A stretch of DNA of 56,859 bases, filler included, from Sphacelaria rigidula (GCA_964200075.2; 4 parts of 4 records of this genome joined end to end with filler, not necessarily neighbours in it), one strand, 5' to 3'; shown: positions 1-14,141, numbered from the whole stretch's first letter. A program made the numbers and translations. The notes: generated by a model not told the origin, from the letters alone.

Positions 1-164
1 TGGATGAAACTTTCGTTCTTCGTCATAACCCTGCGGTTACATACGCGGATTATCAGCAACACGCCACTGTTTCGTGCAGACGCCAGACATGTCATTCCTA
101 ACCAGCCTCATTGTTCGTTCTGGAGGCCCGGTCCCAAAAGGGTTAATCTCGTATATCTCAAGGC

Positions 165-537
165 GATGCCGGTGACTCAGCTCGTATCCTCGAAACATTT
201 TGATTGTTCGGACCTGGGCGCGAATCTCTATGAAGTCACGACCTCGGATTTTTCTCACATCCTGCCCAGCAGTGGGAAGCGACTGTGTTGTGGGTACACG
301 AAGTTTTCGGATTCACCATCGACCAGGGAAAGGGACTGCTGAACCCTCCTCATGGTGCAAAAGAGGAGGGCAAGCACCGCAGAAGGAAGGTGGGGTACTA
401 TAACAAGGAATGAAAACTCCTGCGTTGACCGTCCTCCCGTGTGACCCCGGCCGAGACACCCACATGTACCGAAAGCTGTAGGCTGGCGTCCAAAACAGAC
501 GGGTGACAATACACACACCCACACCCACACCCACACC
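165..537 (+). mobile_element. tRNA-derived SINE copy (degenerate)
   Basis: Body (GGGAAAGGGAxTGCTGAA...GGGCAAGCACCGCAGAAGGAAGGTGGGGT) is shared with the 32798-33153 copy. Degenerate A/B boxes and a CA-rich tail. Confidence 0.65.
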
Positions 538-539
538 AT

Positions 540-1400
540 GTTCGGTCTTTTCAAAGGAAGCCTTTTTCACGATCGTGTTCAAATCATCGTGTACGAGAAC
601 CCGGCAGACGGCACATCCCGAGGAAAACCAGTGCATAGAGAAACGGGATTTGATCCCTGCATCATTTTCTCGTTGTCTGAGTACCGCGGTCATGTGGGCC
701 AACATCGGTGCCGACCGGCGTTTTGGAGTCGAAGTTTTAGTGGTGATCTTGGGGAACGGATGGCCTTGTGTCATATTCCACCCCATGGATGTTCTTACCG
801 CTACCCATTTTCCCACCGTTCCATAGGGCATGCCATGTGCAGAGGAGAGCCCATCATACGGTACTGAAAGCAGATGATCTGCGCCTCCTAGAAGTATTCC
901 CCCCTTCATGGAACCGCTATGGTTGGGAAGTTTGAGAATCTGTTGGATGAGGGTCCTCGTGGGTTCGTCGCCGTGTTTAGTGGTGCTGAACGCTGCTGTA
1001 AATAAGACGATGTCTCGGGCCAGGAGCACCTGCTCCGTCGCATCTCGGGTACATTGTAGAGCTGACCTAATTGAGGTTATCAGTCCAAGGAGGTGACTGC
1101 GGAACACAATCGGCGCTCGTTTGACCACGCAGTACGTCCGCTTTGTTTGCTCCTCTCTGGTGAACATGGTGTATTGCGTAGTGAGGTTACTGCGGGCAGG
1201 GATCCCTATTCGTGGTGCATCGCTCCAGTGTGACCTCGTTCCAGGTTTATTCTCAAATGCCATCGCGAGTTTCAATGTGTACTTTGTCCGTATAGAGTCA
1301 TCTGATTATCTGTAGTTTTACTTCCCCGAGATCGTTGAGCAGTCGAGTTCGGAGGTACCTACTGCAGCGCGTCGCTGGGATGTACTGGGGTACGTTATTT
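540..1400 (-). pseudogene. Tyrosine recombinase of the DIRS-like element (inactivated)
   Basis: REEQ...ARDIVLFTAAFSTTKHGDE (catalytic R replaced by H) and MHWFSSGCAV (degenerate HSFRxGGA). The C-terminus is cut off by a SINE. Confidence 0.8.
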
Positions 1401-1527
1401 CCACATGCGTCAAGAGAGCATCGAAAAACTATAATGTCGATCGGCTGCGCTGATGCCCAGTATCGGGGACCGTGACGAGATCGTCAGGCTAACGATCTGT
1501 GTAATGGCTCTGCTGTGGGATTCTGTC

Positions 1528-1812
1528 TTTTTGTTGAGGCTAACGCTGCCATGGCTAGCGTACATTGGTCCTATCGCGTCGGTACAGCCTCCTGGTCGAC
1601 TTTTGACGTCACTCCCGTCGTTACCCCCGTGGCTAGTACCGAACCTCTTGTTTCGCACCATTAGCAATATCGGAAATTGTCGTTTGTTGAGGCTGACGCT
1701 GCTATGGCTTGCGTATATTTATCATTTCGTTTTTGTATTGCCTCCTCGTCGACGTTTGACGTTACTCCCGTCGTTACCGTCGTGTCTAGTACCAAAACTC
1801 TTGTACCGCACC
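1528..1812. repeat. Two diverged ~154-bp tandem copies
   Basis: TTTGTTGAGGCTxACGCTGC...ACTCCCGTCGTTACC...CGCACCA at ~1528 and ~1683. Confidence 0.8.
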
Positions 1813-4260
1813 ATGGGCGGTTTGGAAGTCGTCGTCGTTCTCTCCGTGACAATCGGGACATGAAACTCGGTGACATGAACCACGGTGGAGGAGGGTGTCA
1901 TGCCCGTGCTGTAGCTGGTCGGATTGCGTTTGTGGCCTCGGTGGAAGCTAATAAAGGCTTCACCAAAGCGAGGTTCAGAAGAGAAGTGCCTGGATGATGG
2001 AATGATCACGCGATGAGGGCATTCGTCAGGCTTCTCCCATGTGCTCCACGTGTACTCTGTCGCCTGAGGTAGCAGCTCTTTTATTTTTTTCAACAAACGA
2101 TATGTGTCATCCAGAACATCAATTATCAGATCGAAAGTCCACTTTGACGACGTGAAGATCCCATCCATGAAATACAAGTTCCTCCTGTCCGCGTTGGTGG
2201 TGGGTACGAACAACTGCCTATGTCTCCCTTTCCATAGCTATGGCCTTAGTGCGTGCGGCCACTTCGGCGAGCGTGGCATGCCATGATGCCAGCCTCCCTG
2301 GAACCACTATCATTGCCCAAACTTGCCTGCTTTACCTGCAAGCATGGTGCATGGTCTGATTATCAACATCTGTTGATAGAGTGATCCCCACCACTTTATC
2401 AGCTTACTCCAAGCAAAAGAGCGCAAGAACCTTGTGCAGTGTTCACGTCTCCTTGACGTTGATATGTCCTGTCACCCATTCAGCTGGGAAATTTGCGGCA
2501 GCTGTGAAGGTGACGCCCCCCCCTGCAATTGAGGAGACGTCCGTCGCGCCGCAGTGGGCGATGATGTGTTGAGCTGGGCTAGACCGGGCCACGCTACTCA
2601 TATTGTCTCGGAGTTGTCGGCATGCGATTATCTCAGTTCTGAGACCACCATTTGCAGACAACTCTATCGTTGCTATGATACTGTTCATTGTTGCGGGCCC
2701 TAGTTGGAATATTGGGTATGGGCACGAATCACCCGCAGCGATCATAGATGGACAACGCCAGAAGAGCTGCTGAGCATGCTGCCGCGTTCTGGATGTCAAG
2801 TGGGCCGTTTTTTGTCCAGCGGGAACCCGTCAGCCAATAGACGTTGATGCGCGCCAGTACTGGTAGTTCTCGAAATCGTGGGTATTGTACTACCGCCTCG
2901 TTTTGTGTGTGCTAGATCTGGAGGGAGCTGCACCAACCGACACAGATAACAGTCCGTACGTAATATTCCCATTTCTACTCAACCCGAAGTATTCCCATGA
3001 CGCTCGGTCGCAGGGCACATTGGGAAAGCCTGATATGTGGTCCATCGTAGCCTGGTATGCGTCTTTCCACGAGCACTGGGCCGCCTTCCCCCCTACCCTG
3101 TGCCCCCTACCCCGTCCATCTAAAACGCCACCTCCTTGTACATGAGATTCAGCCATCGGCCGTCCCAGATCAGGCGTGGTGTCGACAGTTTTATACCTGA
3201 CAAATAGGACATGCGTGGGTTTACTGTAGATGAGTGTGGACGTCCGCTATCTCCGCCGGGCGTACCGCACAGCCGTTATCGACATGTTTACGTTTCTCGG
3301 AGTCGATCAACGGTTCGTGTTCTCGGTTCATGTGGTTGGGTAACTTCACCGTTGTCAGGTCGGCGCCACGATACGGGCGCCATTGGAAAAGTCCTGTCGC
3401 TGATACGTACACCGTTGATACAAGACAATGGCAATTCTTGTTGCATATGGTCCTTGCGAGCATCACTCTCTCTAGACGGAATCGCCGCGTTCGATGCCCT
3501 GGAACGAAATGTTTTTTCATATAAAGGGGTTGTTGTAATGCTTGCGGTGGTTCTCCTAATTCCCGATATACCCGGACCTGGTTCGCAGAGGGATTCTGGA
3601 TCATGTGCTGGCCATAAGCTGAAGTTTGGATCCCTGGTACATTCATTTGATCTGTTTCAAGATATATATCCACCGCGTCCGTACGTCTGGGCCTACCTGC
3701 ACAACACTCTCCAAATATCGCATGGCGCTGACAAAATCACGGCATCAAACGTGAGCAATCTCATGAGTTATGTCACGTTCTTGCTCACAACCCGGCAACC
3801 GCGACGGCGTTGTGGGCAGACCTAGAGTGTTTGCACGAACGGCCACAACGTTGGCAATGCTTGGGTTGCGCGAGCTGCGTCCCATACTGGTTGTACACCA
3901 AGTTGTGCACCGAAATAACGTCGCGATGCGGGCACAGGAGTCGAGGAATTAACTGTCAATGCCGCCAGCAAACGCCTCTTCAACGACCATGCTCAGACTC
4001 AGGGAGTACCAACATGGGGGAAATCTCACGCTGAGGAACCTGCATATTTCGGAGCAATAAAGGTAATCCCAAATGTCACGGTTCTAGCAGATCACCCTCC
4101 CATGAGATCAAAAAAACGTGATACCACGTTCGGGAGATTGGGCGAACCGGAATATTTCACATTTAGATCACCTGCCGCGAGATTCGACCATGGTCTAACT
4201 CCAGCTCGACTCGCGATAGACGCCCACGTCGACACGTTACCTCTCAGATATTTTTCCTCG

Positions 4261-4626
4261 ATGACTCAACCCCTGCCGTCGTTCGTGCCAACCCTGACTC
4301 TCGCCGATACTACCCGCAAAACAGGCTCAGCAGTAGCAATGGCATACGCGTCAGCACCAGCCCTCGTGGATGACGAAGGCGAGGCGTTCGCAAGAGCCGT
4401 TTTCGGGCGCTTTCTACGCCAGGCCACGATATGCCGAGACGTGGACGACGCGATTGAGCACATGCACATCGTCAACGATAACTCCAGGACGTTCGATATC
4501 CGCTTGGGGGGCGACGCAAGGATTCCGGTGGGAAGCCAGCTTATCCTTGCTCTAGCCGCGAAGAAGAAGGAGTTGCTGGCGCTGTGCGAGGCACGCTTGC
4601 GCCATCCACGGGTAAGCACGGCATGA
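4261..4626 (+). CDS. Hypothetical orphan ORF or exon (~121 aa from ATG 4261; frame open from 4102)
   Basis: GC-rich, stop-free, protein-like composition. Possible GTAAG donor near 4612. No recognisable motif. Confidence 0.3.
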   Translation: MTQPLPSFVPTLTLADTTRKTGSAVAMAYASAPALVDDEGEAFARAVFGRFLRQATICRDVDDAIEHMHIVNDNSRTFDIRLGGDARIPVGSQLILALAAKKKELLALCEARLRHPRVSTA

Positions 4627-5994
4627 CCGGTGTGTGGTTAGGGTTAGGGTAGGTTTGGGGGGTACGGTGTGCTTTGAGTGGTACAGTGGATTGGGTTCGA
4701 CTCAGTGGCTGATGGCAACTGGCGAAAACAATATGAAAAAAACCCCGGGTATTGCCGTCGAATCCGTGAACCGGGATTGTGATACGCTGTTTATCGGATG
4801 TTTGGAGTATCGGTACTTTGACTTGCTCGGGCGAGGAGCGACCCCTACCAAACAGAATATCCATCACTGGGTGCACCGTTTTCCTTCGGAACGGTTGATA
4901 TCCAGCACAATACAGTTCAACATATACATTTAGTTGCAACCTTCTCCCGGCATCAGCATCGACCGGTCAAAAGAGGTGGGGTGTATATTGCATGTGGCGA
5001 GGACGTCCCTCGCATATTGACAACAGCAAACCACGAGCGAGCAGCTAACACGAGATACAATATTGAGGGGAAGTGTGTTGATATACATCATACGCACCGA
5101 GCTGCCATAATGGAACCCAGAAAACCGCCCTTAACAGCGATACATGCTTCTAACAATGAGATGAGATTCGTTTCATTGCTTGGCAACATACAGAAGCAGC
5201 ATGTTACCGCAGTAACAACCGTCAGCCCTACAACGGCATGTATGTAGTGAACGAAAAAATATGTTCGAAACATGGCAGGAGGCTATAGTTTCTCCGCGCA
5301 CTCCCACCAGCGTAGACAGCAAAGGAATGCCCGGCAGAGCATTGTCATTTCATCGGCGAATCCCCCTAGATCAACCCCGCGAGGAACACAAAAATCATGG
5401 CATAGTAACGGAGATTCCTGGCGAGCAACACGAAGCGGATAGTATTCGTGAGACAGTAATTTCCAAACAATCGGGCAAACCGGCGAGTGCCTTCACTGAG
5501 AGTACCCGGTAAGGGTGTACCTGGTGTCGAGGGTACCCGCCGCTTCCCCCAAATGTGTGACTGGGTTTGAATGCGGCAATCCACTGCTGGCTGTGTGTGT
5601 GTGTGTCTTAATACCGGTGCCTCCATCGACCAATGATATAAATGCAATCAGCGGGATGGACACCGGCAATTGAAGTAACAAATCTGCCTACAGAAGAATT
5701 TTGGGACCATATAACGGTGCTACATCGCAAGAAGGGTTTCGCCGAATGACATCGTCCGCGCATTCAGCATTCAGCACTGGCCTGTAGCATGGAGTGGATC
5801 GTTCACAAAATCGGGTGAAATACACACGAAGAACCACCAGAAGGAGCAATAAACTTGTCCTCGCTCGCTGATAGCATGAGGCCGTCTACACATCCGAGGT
5901 GACCGCAGCTGCTGCATTATAAATAGCTTGGAACAGGGGTATGGTACAAGTACACGCAGCGCCAGCCAAAAACCATTCAAGCTCCCGCAGCCAT

Positions 5995-6385
5995 ATATCA
6001 TCGATGCAGACGAGTTGGGCTGTGATCCGCAGATGGTATTAATTGCTCAATCGTTCATGAAGGGGGAGAAGCCTATATGCTCACAAGCTCGGGCTAACCT
6101 TTTCTCGTTGATTAAACGCCATATCGATTAAATCCTATACCGGACGGAGGTAGGGTCCATCCTAACGTCTACACGAAACCCCGAACGCTATGTATAGCGG
6201 ATGACGGGCTAGGCGTGAAGACTCTCTGGAGCACGGAGAAATGATCACTTCCCTAACCTTCACCTTAGTCGGCATCTATGTAGAGATATGACGCACAGAA
6301 AATTCCATACGACCAGACGCACTAATGCACTAAATTGGCATTTCGCGTATCAGTTTTGACAGTTGTGCTTCGAAATTTTGGTAGG
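5995..6385. repeat. Dispersed repeat family copy
   Basis: Aligns by eye with 41598-42005 on another contig (TCATCGAxxCAGACGAGTTGGGCxGTGATC...GAAACCCCGAACG...CTGGAGCAC). Confidence 0.7.
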
Positions 6386-6590
6386 GAGTATCGCAAGGAC
6401 AAACTAAAAACAAAACGTTCATTACCTTGGGATTTGTTAAGGACGTTCTTGTGAAAAGTGGACATTATGGCCCCTGACTCAGCTTCTTAGCTCAGTTTTT
6501 AAAAATGTACTTTGAACTTTAGTACGAATAATTACAAGGGCATACCGAAAGCAGAACATAACTGGGCCTTTATTTTTGGTTTTCCGTGAG

Positions 6591-6900
6591 TTAATCCTTT
6601 GGAAACCCTCCCCTTCCGTCCCCGGTCCAGACGCCTCATTATTCCAAGCGCTGACAGAGAAGAAAAGATGGGAAAAGAAAATACCGACAACAATTATTTT
6701 TACGGCGGATGGCCACAGAAGAATCCACCGACATACGTCATGCTCGCACCAACAATGTCGCCCCGGTGTGGTCGGATTGGTTTTATCAAATGAGGAGACG
6801 CATCGGGTCAAGTATGTTCAACTTTGTGCACACAGCAAAAACCAGCACCGCAGCCTCTGAATTCCATCCAACAAAAATCAGCGCCACCTTCATATTTTCT
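6591..6900 (+). mobile_element. piggyBac-like non-autonomous element, 5' part
   Basis: TTAA followed by xCCTTTGGAAACCCTCCC; homologous to 32597-33423. Confidence 0.5.
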
Positions 6901-7186
6901 ATATATTTAGTCCGGTGTGGCACTGCGGCACACATTCATATAGGTGACGCACCCCACCCGTGTGCTGTGCTCCAGTCCGGAGGTCGTACCCGCCCAACAC
7001 TTGGCAAGCGTGCTCATCCAGATCACAGAAACAAAGTAGTATGGCCGAGCACACAGAAATCCCCTCACCACACGTGATAGGATTGAGGTGCGATACGGTA
7101 TTTACGCGATTCACGGCCAGTTGGAAGCGGTCGCGGGTCTTGACTTTTCTCATTTCACAAAAATCTGACATGTTATGATAAGTGCC

Positions 7187-7538
7187 AATAAATATACGTA
7201 CTTCATGTCCCATGTACCGGGCTGCTACGAGTACAGTCAACCTACAACCTACGGACTTGTGAAGATGCACATTGTACCCGGGCCATGAAGGTCAGCAAGT
7301 GAGGAATACTGAATACGATTTTTTGTATACTTTCAAGCGATGCTCCGACAGTGCACAGCTTCAGCAAAACATGAGCACCCCTACCGTGGAGCAACTCGGA
7401 ATAAATATACATATGCGTACTTCATGTTCAATGTGCCGGCTGCTACAGTCAATTTACGGACTTGTGAGCATGCAGTGTACCCGGGCCATCCAGGTTAGCA
7501 GGTGAAGAGTACTGAATACTGTTTTCTTGTACACTTGA
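7187..7538. repeat. Diverged local duplication (~140 bp x2)
   Basis: AATAAATATAC...GTACTTCATGT...TACGGACTTGTGA...TGTACCCGGGCCAT...TACTGAATAC at ~7187 and ~7400. Confidence 0.75.
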
Positions 7539-10446
7539 TCCGGATCCTACGGATGTGGGAAAGTGTTTCTTGTATACTAGACTCGGATGGATCCCACGGG
7601 TGAGGGGTAGCTTTTGGTATACATGAGATTCAAATCGCGGGGCTCGACAAGCTGCTGGGTTTGCCTGAGCCAATTTATGTAAATGACAACTATGTGGTGT
7701 TGTACAGACGACAGTTCTGCAGATCAGTTGTGCTCGAAAGTATGTGTGTGAAGTAGGTCCTATAGATCGTTGATCGATAAATATTTACGGATCAAGCGGG
7801 TCCTAAAGATCACTACCGGACAAACGTGCACGGGTGACAGCACACCGTGGACAAATCACCATCTATGCCCCAAATGAGCTGGCCCGGATCTGTCACGAGC
7901 TGATCTGTCCAACGTGTCGAAAATTATACAATGGGGTCACAGCCCCCGCCTAGAAACCACGTCCTGCACCATCAGGAGGGCAAAAGTACAGTGTACAGTA
8001 TGCTAGTATGCAACACAGTACAGCACCAGCAGATCTAGATAAGCAAAAAGCGAAGAAATCATGATCATGCTGTGGTTTTGAGCTGCAACTGAATTGGCCT
8101 CCCCCCCCTGTCTGTGGTCAATGGTCAAACGACTAAGGCAAGCAACAAATGAGTACGCCCCCCCCCTGTCTGTGTAAAACTGAGATATTTGTAGCAGGGA
8201 GGGTTACTGTATTGTTTTCCTTGCTCGGTCTGATGTTGCCTTGATGCACCAGGAACGAATCGCGGACGAGGGTGCTGTACGGCCGACTTTGTTTGACCTT
8301 CCGGTCATGTACGGTACTACTGTACAGTTAGACTGAGGCCTGATCGGATGCGGCCGTGCATCGGATATATGAAGGAAATCAATTGAGCTCGAGCTTCACA
8401 TCGGCAAAAACCTTCTTCTCTCGGCCGGCTACTGGGCCGTAATTCTCTGGTCCAAGAGCCACCGCAGCATGTCATGCCGCAGCGGAGAAACACAGAGAAC
8501 TGGTACCTATTGCCGTACCGTCTCTGTATTGTCTGTATCGCAAGAAAACATGCTAGTGTCATCGTCCCTTTATGGACAACTCAATTTGCCCCTACACGGC
8601 TCTGTACGCAAAAATTCCAACTCGTGGTGGCGCAATAATCGCCGGTGCACGACGCAGGGGTATCGGCGATCAAGGCCTGGAAGCGCCTTCGAAGGGCTAA
8701 CGTTGTGTTGAATGTGTGATGACTCAACTTTGCGGTGCCTCAACTTCGCGGTTGCGGCCCGTTCCTCTCATTTCGGTTCATGCATGCACTCATATCCCGT
8801 CATTTTATGTAGCTTATATTTATGACCAGAATGGCATAAAATCAACTGACCACATGTCGGTGTGACTCTGTACTGTGTTGAGTGTACTGTAATGTATATA
8901 CTGGACCGACTAAAACAATCTGTTGTGCTGAGTGCAGCACGCCGTTCTCACAGGAAGCCACGTACACCGTCTTGCTTACAAGCATGGGACCAAAGACTGC
9001 GTAGCATCTGCTGTGATTCACAGAAGTGTTCGACAGTTGAGCAGAAATCCTTCCTGAGTCAATCGCATCGATTACTAATGCGTGCGCTATGCTTGCCGTG
9101 CAACTTTGACCTCTTAGCTGCCCGTTTTCCCTAGAGAACCAGTCGGGAAATACTTCGAGTTTTGGAGAGCTGCTTGGTTTCCCGTGTCCGCATGGACCAA
9201 CTGCTATGTTTGGCCACCCCGATATTTGTTTCCGCGGTGCAGTAGCAAGCCAAGGGCAAAACTTTGTCTTCTAAGAAGTGCACAATTGTTTTTTCTCGAT
9301 TTTCGTCCAATCATCCCAAGCATCGGCTTGGCTGTTCGCAGCGTCTCGAGGATAGGATCGTATTGGTACAAGTTCGGGCGCACTAGATGCCGTCCTAAAA
9401 GCGAGCGGTTCTCGGTCGAAGTTGGCGTTCTAACGTGCATGTCATGGATTTCAACGTTTGTCGAAACAGGCACTCCTAGCCGGATAGAAGACGGAGGAAC
9501 ACCCGTGTGAAAGATTATTAAAATGATGCTTCCCCCCTTCCCTGAATTGCCCAAACATGCCTGCGTTGTACATCAGGCCTCCAACAAACGATGCTGCAGC
9601 CCCACGCATGAGGCTTGCGACATGATGGCATTCAAATTTGTGCACTCTCTCTCTGTGATGCTGATGTCGTTCGGCAGTTGCAGCACCGTACTGTCTTTTG
9701 CTTTAGATCCATCTTTTGTTCGCTGGGTGAATCTCGCACAGTCCAGCAGCAAACTAGTACAGAAAACGCGGTTGGGCCCAAATACTTGGATCGAGCAGTT
9801 AAATATGTTGTACTTAGTATACTGTACTGTACTGTACTGTACTCAAGGCGATGCGCAGTGCACCAGTGATCTTATCGCCCCGTTCTAATGGAATCCCGTT
9901 TGTCGCTAGCTGCTGACGGGCAAAACAGTGTTGAATTCAGCGCAATGCGTGATTATCACACCACTTTCGACAGCTGCGCTGGTTAGTGCTCTGCGGCCCA
10001 AACTTGGGGTACAGGCGTGACGGCAAGTGTCTTCAAGAGCATTGGCACTAAAGTCATGGAGTACCCGAAACATACGCCCGTGCTCCAACTTCGTAACTTG
10101 CGGTCAGAGCTGGCAGTGGAAAGAGTGCGCAGATGCATTCTCATGTGCGAGCTACTCCAAAGACTGTTTTCGACGCCAGTTTACGCCAGTTTTGCGTGCC
10201 GCACGCTTCGACGTCACATGTTTTGAAGGATCATAGGGAGTTAGGGGAGCGGCACGATAACAGCGAAGAAAATGAGCCTTTGTCACATTTAGAATCAAAA
10301 CACCCATCACAAAGGTGGCCGGTCTGTACCCCAAACAAAAATACAGGTACGAGTATTTCAAGCACGTCACTCACTCGAGATGCTTTCGAAATACCCCAAA
10401 TACCCCAAAATGCAGGGTACTGATAGGAACCAACCTCTAGTAATAA

Positions 10447-10740
10447 TGTTTTCGTGAGATCGAGAGTAGAGGATACAATTTAGAGTGAAATGCGGTCAAT
10501 TAGTGAATGAATCGTTTCAGTTCCGAAATGCCCCTCCACGAGGTCCGATATGCTTTCTCTACTAGCTTGCCACTGAGACCCTTGATATCCTCAAGTAAGA
10601 TATCGACGTGAAGCTGTGAGTACACGCCAGTGATCGAGGCAAAGGAAAGCACAAACGGAATGGAAACTTGGCTAAGTTGAAGCGAATGATCAAAACTACT
10701 CTCAATCAGCGCTCTACTCTCAATCTCACGAAAACGGTGT
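10447..10740. mobile_element. MITE (~290 bp), TIR GTTTTCGTGAGATyGAGAGTAGAG
   Basis: Terminal inverted repeats. Related copies at ~20770-21720 (interrupted), 22351-22580, 26006-26291 and 28321-28382. Confidence 0.8.
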
Positions 10741-10921
10741 TTAGTTCGGATTCTGGCAGTCGGTCTCCGGGAAAGCTGGGATTGTAAAGTTCCAACCAGG
10801 GGTTCGGATGATGTCCTCCGTTAGCTGCGGTAGGGGTTACAACAATATGACGAACCACCAACCAGGGTTGACCCGCTTTTTGTTGCAAAATGTCGATGAA
10901 CGTACGTGATAATATTTGTAG

Positions 10922-11482
10922 CATACACCTGCAGGATCGGCAGCGACGACACCAGCAGCGAACCCGCCGTCTACGCAACGCCATCAGCCGACGATAGCAG
11001 CAGCAACCGCTCCAATGTCCACCGGCGCCGCTACCGTGCCGCCAATAATACCTATTCCCGGACACCAGTCACCACAACAGCACAAACCCGTCGCAGGCTC
11101 GGGCGCAAATGCCACCACCACTTCCCCGTGGACTGTGAAGGCTCCCACGCAGTCGTTTGTATTCCCACCCCCGGAAGCCCTTGCCGCGACGGCCTCGCCA
11201 ACGTTTGCCTCTGCTGCTCCTGGTGGCGGGGGTGACGGTGCTTCTGGTGAGGGCAGCGCAGTGGTTGCTGCTGTGCTGGTGCCGGCAGCCTTGTCATCGT
11301 CGGTGGGAGAAGCGGTGGAAGTTGTGGTGCCTAGGGGGGGAGTGGTAGGGGGAACGGCGGTTGCGCAACAGCAGTTGCGACGGCAGCAGCAGCAGGGGCA
11401 AGTACCAAAGCTAGGCGCTGATGCCGTGGATAGTGGCGTTGAAGCCGAACACCAAAAATCGCCGCCCGTTGACGTCGCGCAG
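10922..11482 (+). CDS. Probable internal exon of an unidentified gene (Ala/Pro/Gln/Gly-rich, disordered)
   Basis: TTGTAG acceptor, a stop-free 187-codon GC-rich frame, and a CAG|GTAAG donor. Confidence 0.5.
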
Positions 11483-14141
11483 GTAAGGGGTTAGGGTTAG
11501 AAAGGGTGCCACCTAACCAGAATGTTTCGTATACGCTAATAGCTTCAGTGATCACGGGTAGTAGCACGAGCACACACCATCGCGACTGGTGCATGCAGTG
11601 CATTCTCCCACTTGCCAAGACTTGCTAATTGTTGAGAGCGGGGCCAACCTTGCCTTTGTGATGAGAGTACGTGCAAGTCCATGAATCCTGCTCTCGTAGT
11701 AGGCACCAGCTGCGAGTAGGCAGACTTGAAAAGGGGAGCGAGGAGGGATGAGGGCCCGCGCGAGAGAATCCCGTCTGATTTTCGGCGTCTCCACCGGCAA
11801 ACACCTACTGCGCGCGTACGTTGACCTGTTTCGGCGGGATGTGGAGCTTCAGTTACATCGCAGTAGTCCGCGCCCAACCAAAAGGTGTTTGTACTCTTAC
11901 GACCTTGAAACATTGGCGGACTGCAAGGAAACGAAATGCGTTCCCCTCGACGTCCGTAGCACTTCTTGATCTAAGTTAGCTGATCTAGTCTTGATGAATA
12001 TGGCCAATATGATTCAAAATCCCCTCCTGTTTCACTTCGCGGTGAAGCAGGTGTTTGCAGGCGTAACCCCCTGCACTCTCACCGACTACCCTTCAACCCC
12101 AATCGAATCCCCAATATTACAACACCTGCTATATCTTGCCAACACCTCATGTACCGGATGGTCTGGCTGCATTCGTGGATGAAAACCAAGTCTGCACCAC
12201 CAGTTGCGAGTATTAACCCGGATACCCAGACCCTGAGACCGGCAGGACAACCGCCACCAAGATCTGGGACATCTCCGTCAACGCAAGAGCCAAGAGATAC
12301 CCGAGGGCCGACGACGGTGTTCGTGCGAAAGGTACTCGAGCGTGATGATACGTTGCGCAGGTTTTACTACCATGTCGTGGCCGGTGCAATGTGTATATTT
12401 ACGCGCATGGCAGCGGTCAAGTTAGATTATATCGTGAGAGTGCTTTGGATAGTTTGGATTGTGAAAGTTGGGTGTGGTCGAGTGAAAATATCAAGGAGCG
12501 AGAACCGGGGGTCGACAAACTGTGCCGCATACGTAGTGTTTTCAGTCGATTGCCCTTGAAGCGGACTGCAAGTCTAGATTCAGATATGCTACCATGTCGT
12601 GTCCGGTGCACTGTGTATGTGTATACGTGTAACTATTCTTGTGGTTATCGTGGTGGACAAAACAATGCCACGTTTGGGACAAACTATGTGTGTACGTTGC
12701 GCTGTAGTTAGGGGAAGACACATACATGAACCGATATTGGGCGCCGTCACGAAGGAATATAACAATCAGAATGTTTGTTCAAACAACACTGAAAATACGC
12801 AGTTGTTGTGACTATATTTGCTTGTGATATGCTCATACATATGTACTGGGAGGAGCCTACATTGGTGCGAGGGGTAATCTCTTCGTACTGCCTCGTTTTC
12901 TGTCGCCGAGTGCGTGGTGCGGTCAAGGGCAGACGAAAAATATGATTACCGTTTCCGGAGATGATAACTTGGACTCTTCAAGTAAAAACCAGCACAACTT
13001 CAAGTACCAAGTGTGCAACATTACGCATTGTTGTACGGTTTCAGGGTGTTGTCACTTGTCACCGTTCGCGAGGCATGGAAGGTTGTAGCTGGAAAGCGAA
13101 GAAACATTTAGGAGTTGGACACAACTCAAGATTAACTGCTCATTTCCGAAGTGTGGGCATACCGTTGCGATGCCCTCGCACTGTCGGTTATTACGAAATA
13201 TGTAAAACCCGTTCCGACACGCTTCTAACCCTGCTGCAGCGAGTAAAGTGCAAATCAATACACGTACATGGATGCAATAATACGACTTGTAATCCTCGAT
13301 TTTATTCAATGCACCCTGCTCACGCACACCTTTATTTTTCTCCAGAGATTGTAAGATGAACCTCAACAGTAGGCGGAATGTCGACAGGTCCTACTTATTT
13401 TGTACCGCCGCAGTAGCTGTCGACAAGACCTCTTGTCTTATGGTGTTTTTGTTCGTGGAAGGTGGTATGGTATGCGCAAAATCGTAAATTACGGGAAAGA
13501 TTGCCTGTCGTAAGGGCGGTAATGTTCTTGCTTCGTGCGTATCCGTTTCTTGGACAAGATTATCTGCCTACCCTCGTCTTGTTTTGGTGTTATCTACGCC
13601 ACGTGGCTGATGTCAAACACCATTGCCAGATTAATGGTACTGTACTCATACTTGGTTCTGTGCGGCAGTCTTCGTCCTTAATATAGTTTTTCAGCTCACC
13701 GCTACAATATTTGCCTATTACTTTTTTACGTGTGGATTGCTATTTTCGAAGCAGATAGACACGAAGATATCGAGGGAAGACGTTTTGGAGCACTTCCAGG
13801 CTTTCGGAGATGTTGTCGCCATAAGGTATGGAAGAAAAAAGCTACTGAATTTGTGAATCGCGGCAGCAGTTGTACTGATGCACGTAGGTGCTCTGTGTTA
13901 GCCCATGTTTTCCCGCTTGGTATCTTTCTCGCTTTCATCCGTAGCTTCCGGTGCGTTTCACTTTATTGCGAAACACTGCTACCCTCCACGGTTAGGACGA
14001 ATCATCACGGGCTCGAATCACCAAATCCACGATTTATTTGGCCTGATTGCCCAAAAGGGAGAAAAACGTTGACCGCTGGTCCAAGGGGTATCCACGCAAC
14101 TTATGCGCCATTCCACGTGCCTGGGCTGCGTGTACCTGGGT

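Larger units (their letters stand above)
540..3950 (-). mobile_element. Decayed DIRS/Ngaro-type tyrosine-recombinase retrotransposon (RT, RNase H, MT-like tail, YR); ends approximate
   Basis: Frameshifted minus-strand RT motifs RLIWDGRWLNLM..., QCSWKDAYQATMDHISGF...WEYFGL, and VLARINVYWLT (degenerate xxDD). RNase H motifs DVSSIAGGGV and HINVKE at ~2445-2560. YR lies downstream in the same orientation. Confidence 0.8.

Noticed and set aside
313-1275. Active phage or phaeovirus integrase
   Set aside because: Catalytic residues are mutated, it is linked to DIRS-type RT/RNase H, and the ORF's C-terminus is SINE read-through.
1722-2213. ORF resembling a primase-polymerase (LIIDVLDD...HRVIIP)
   Set aside because: An alternative frame over its first part reads as the expected end of the DIRS pol ORF (...HHQRG...WDLHVVKVDFR*), so the resemblance is probably coincidental.
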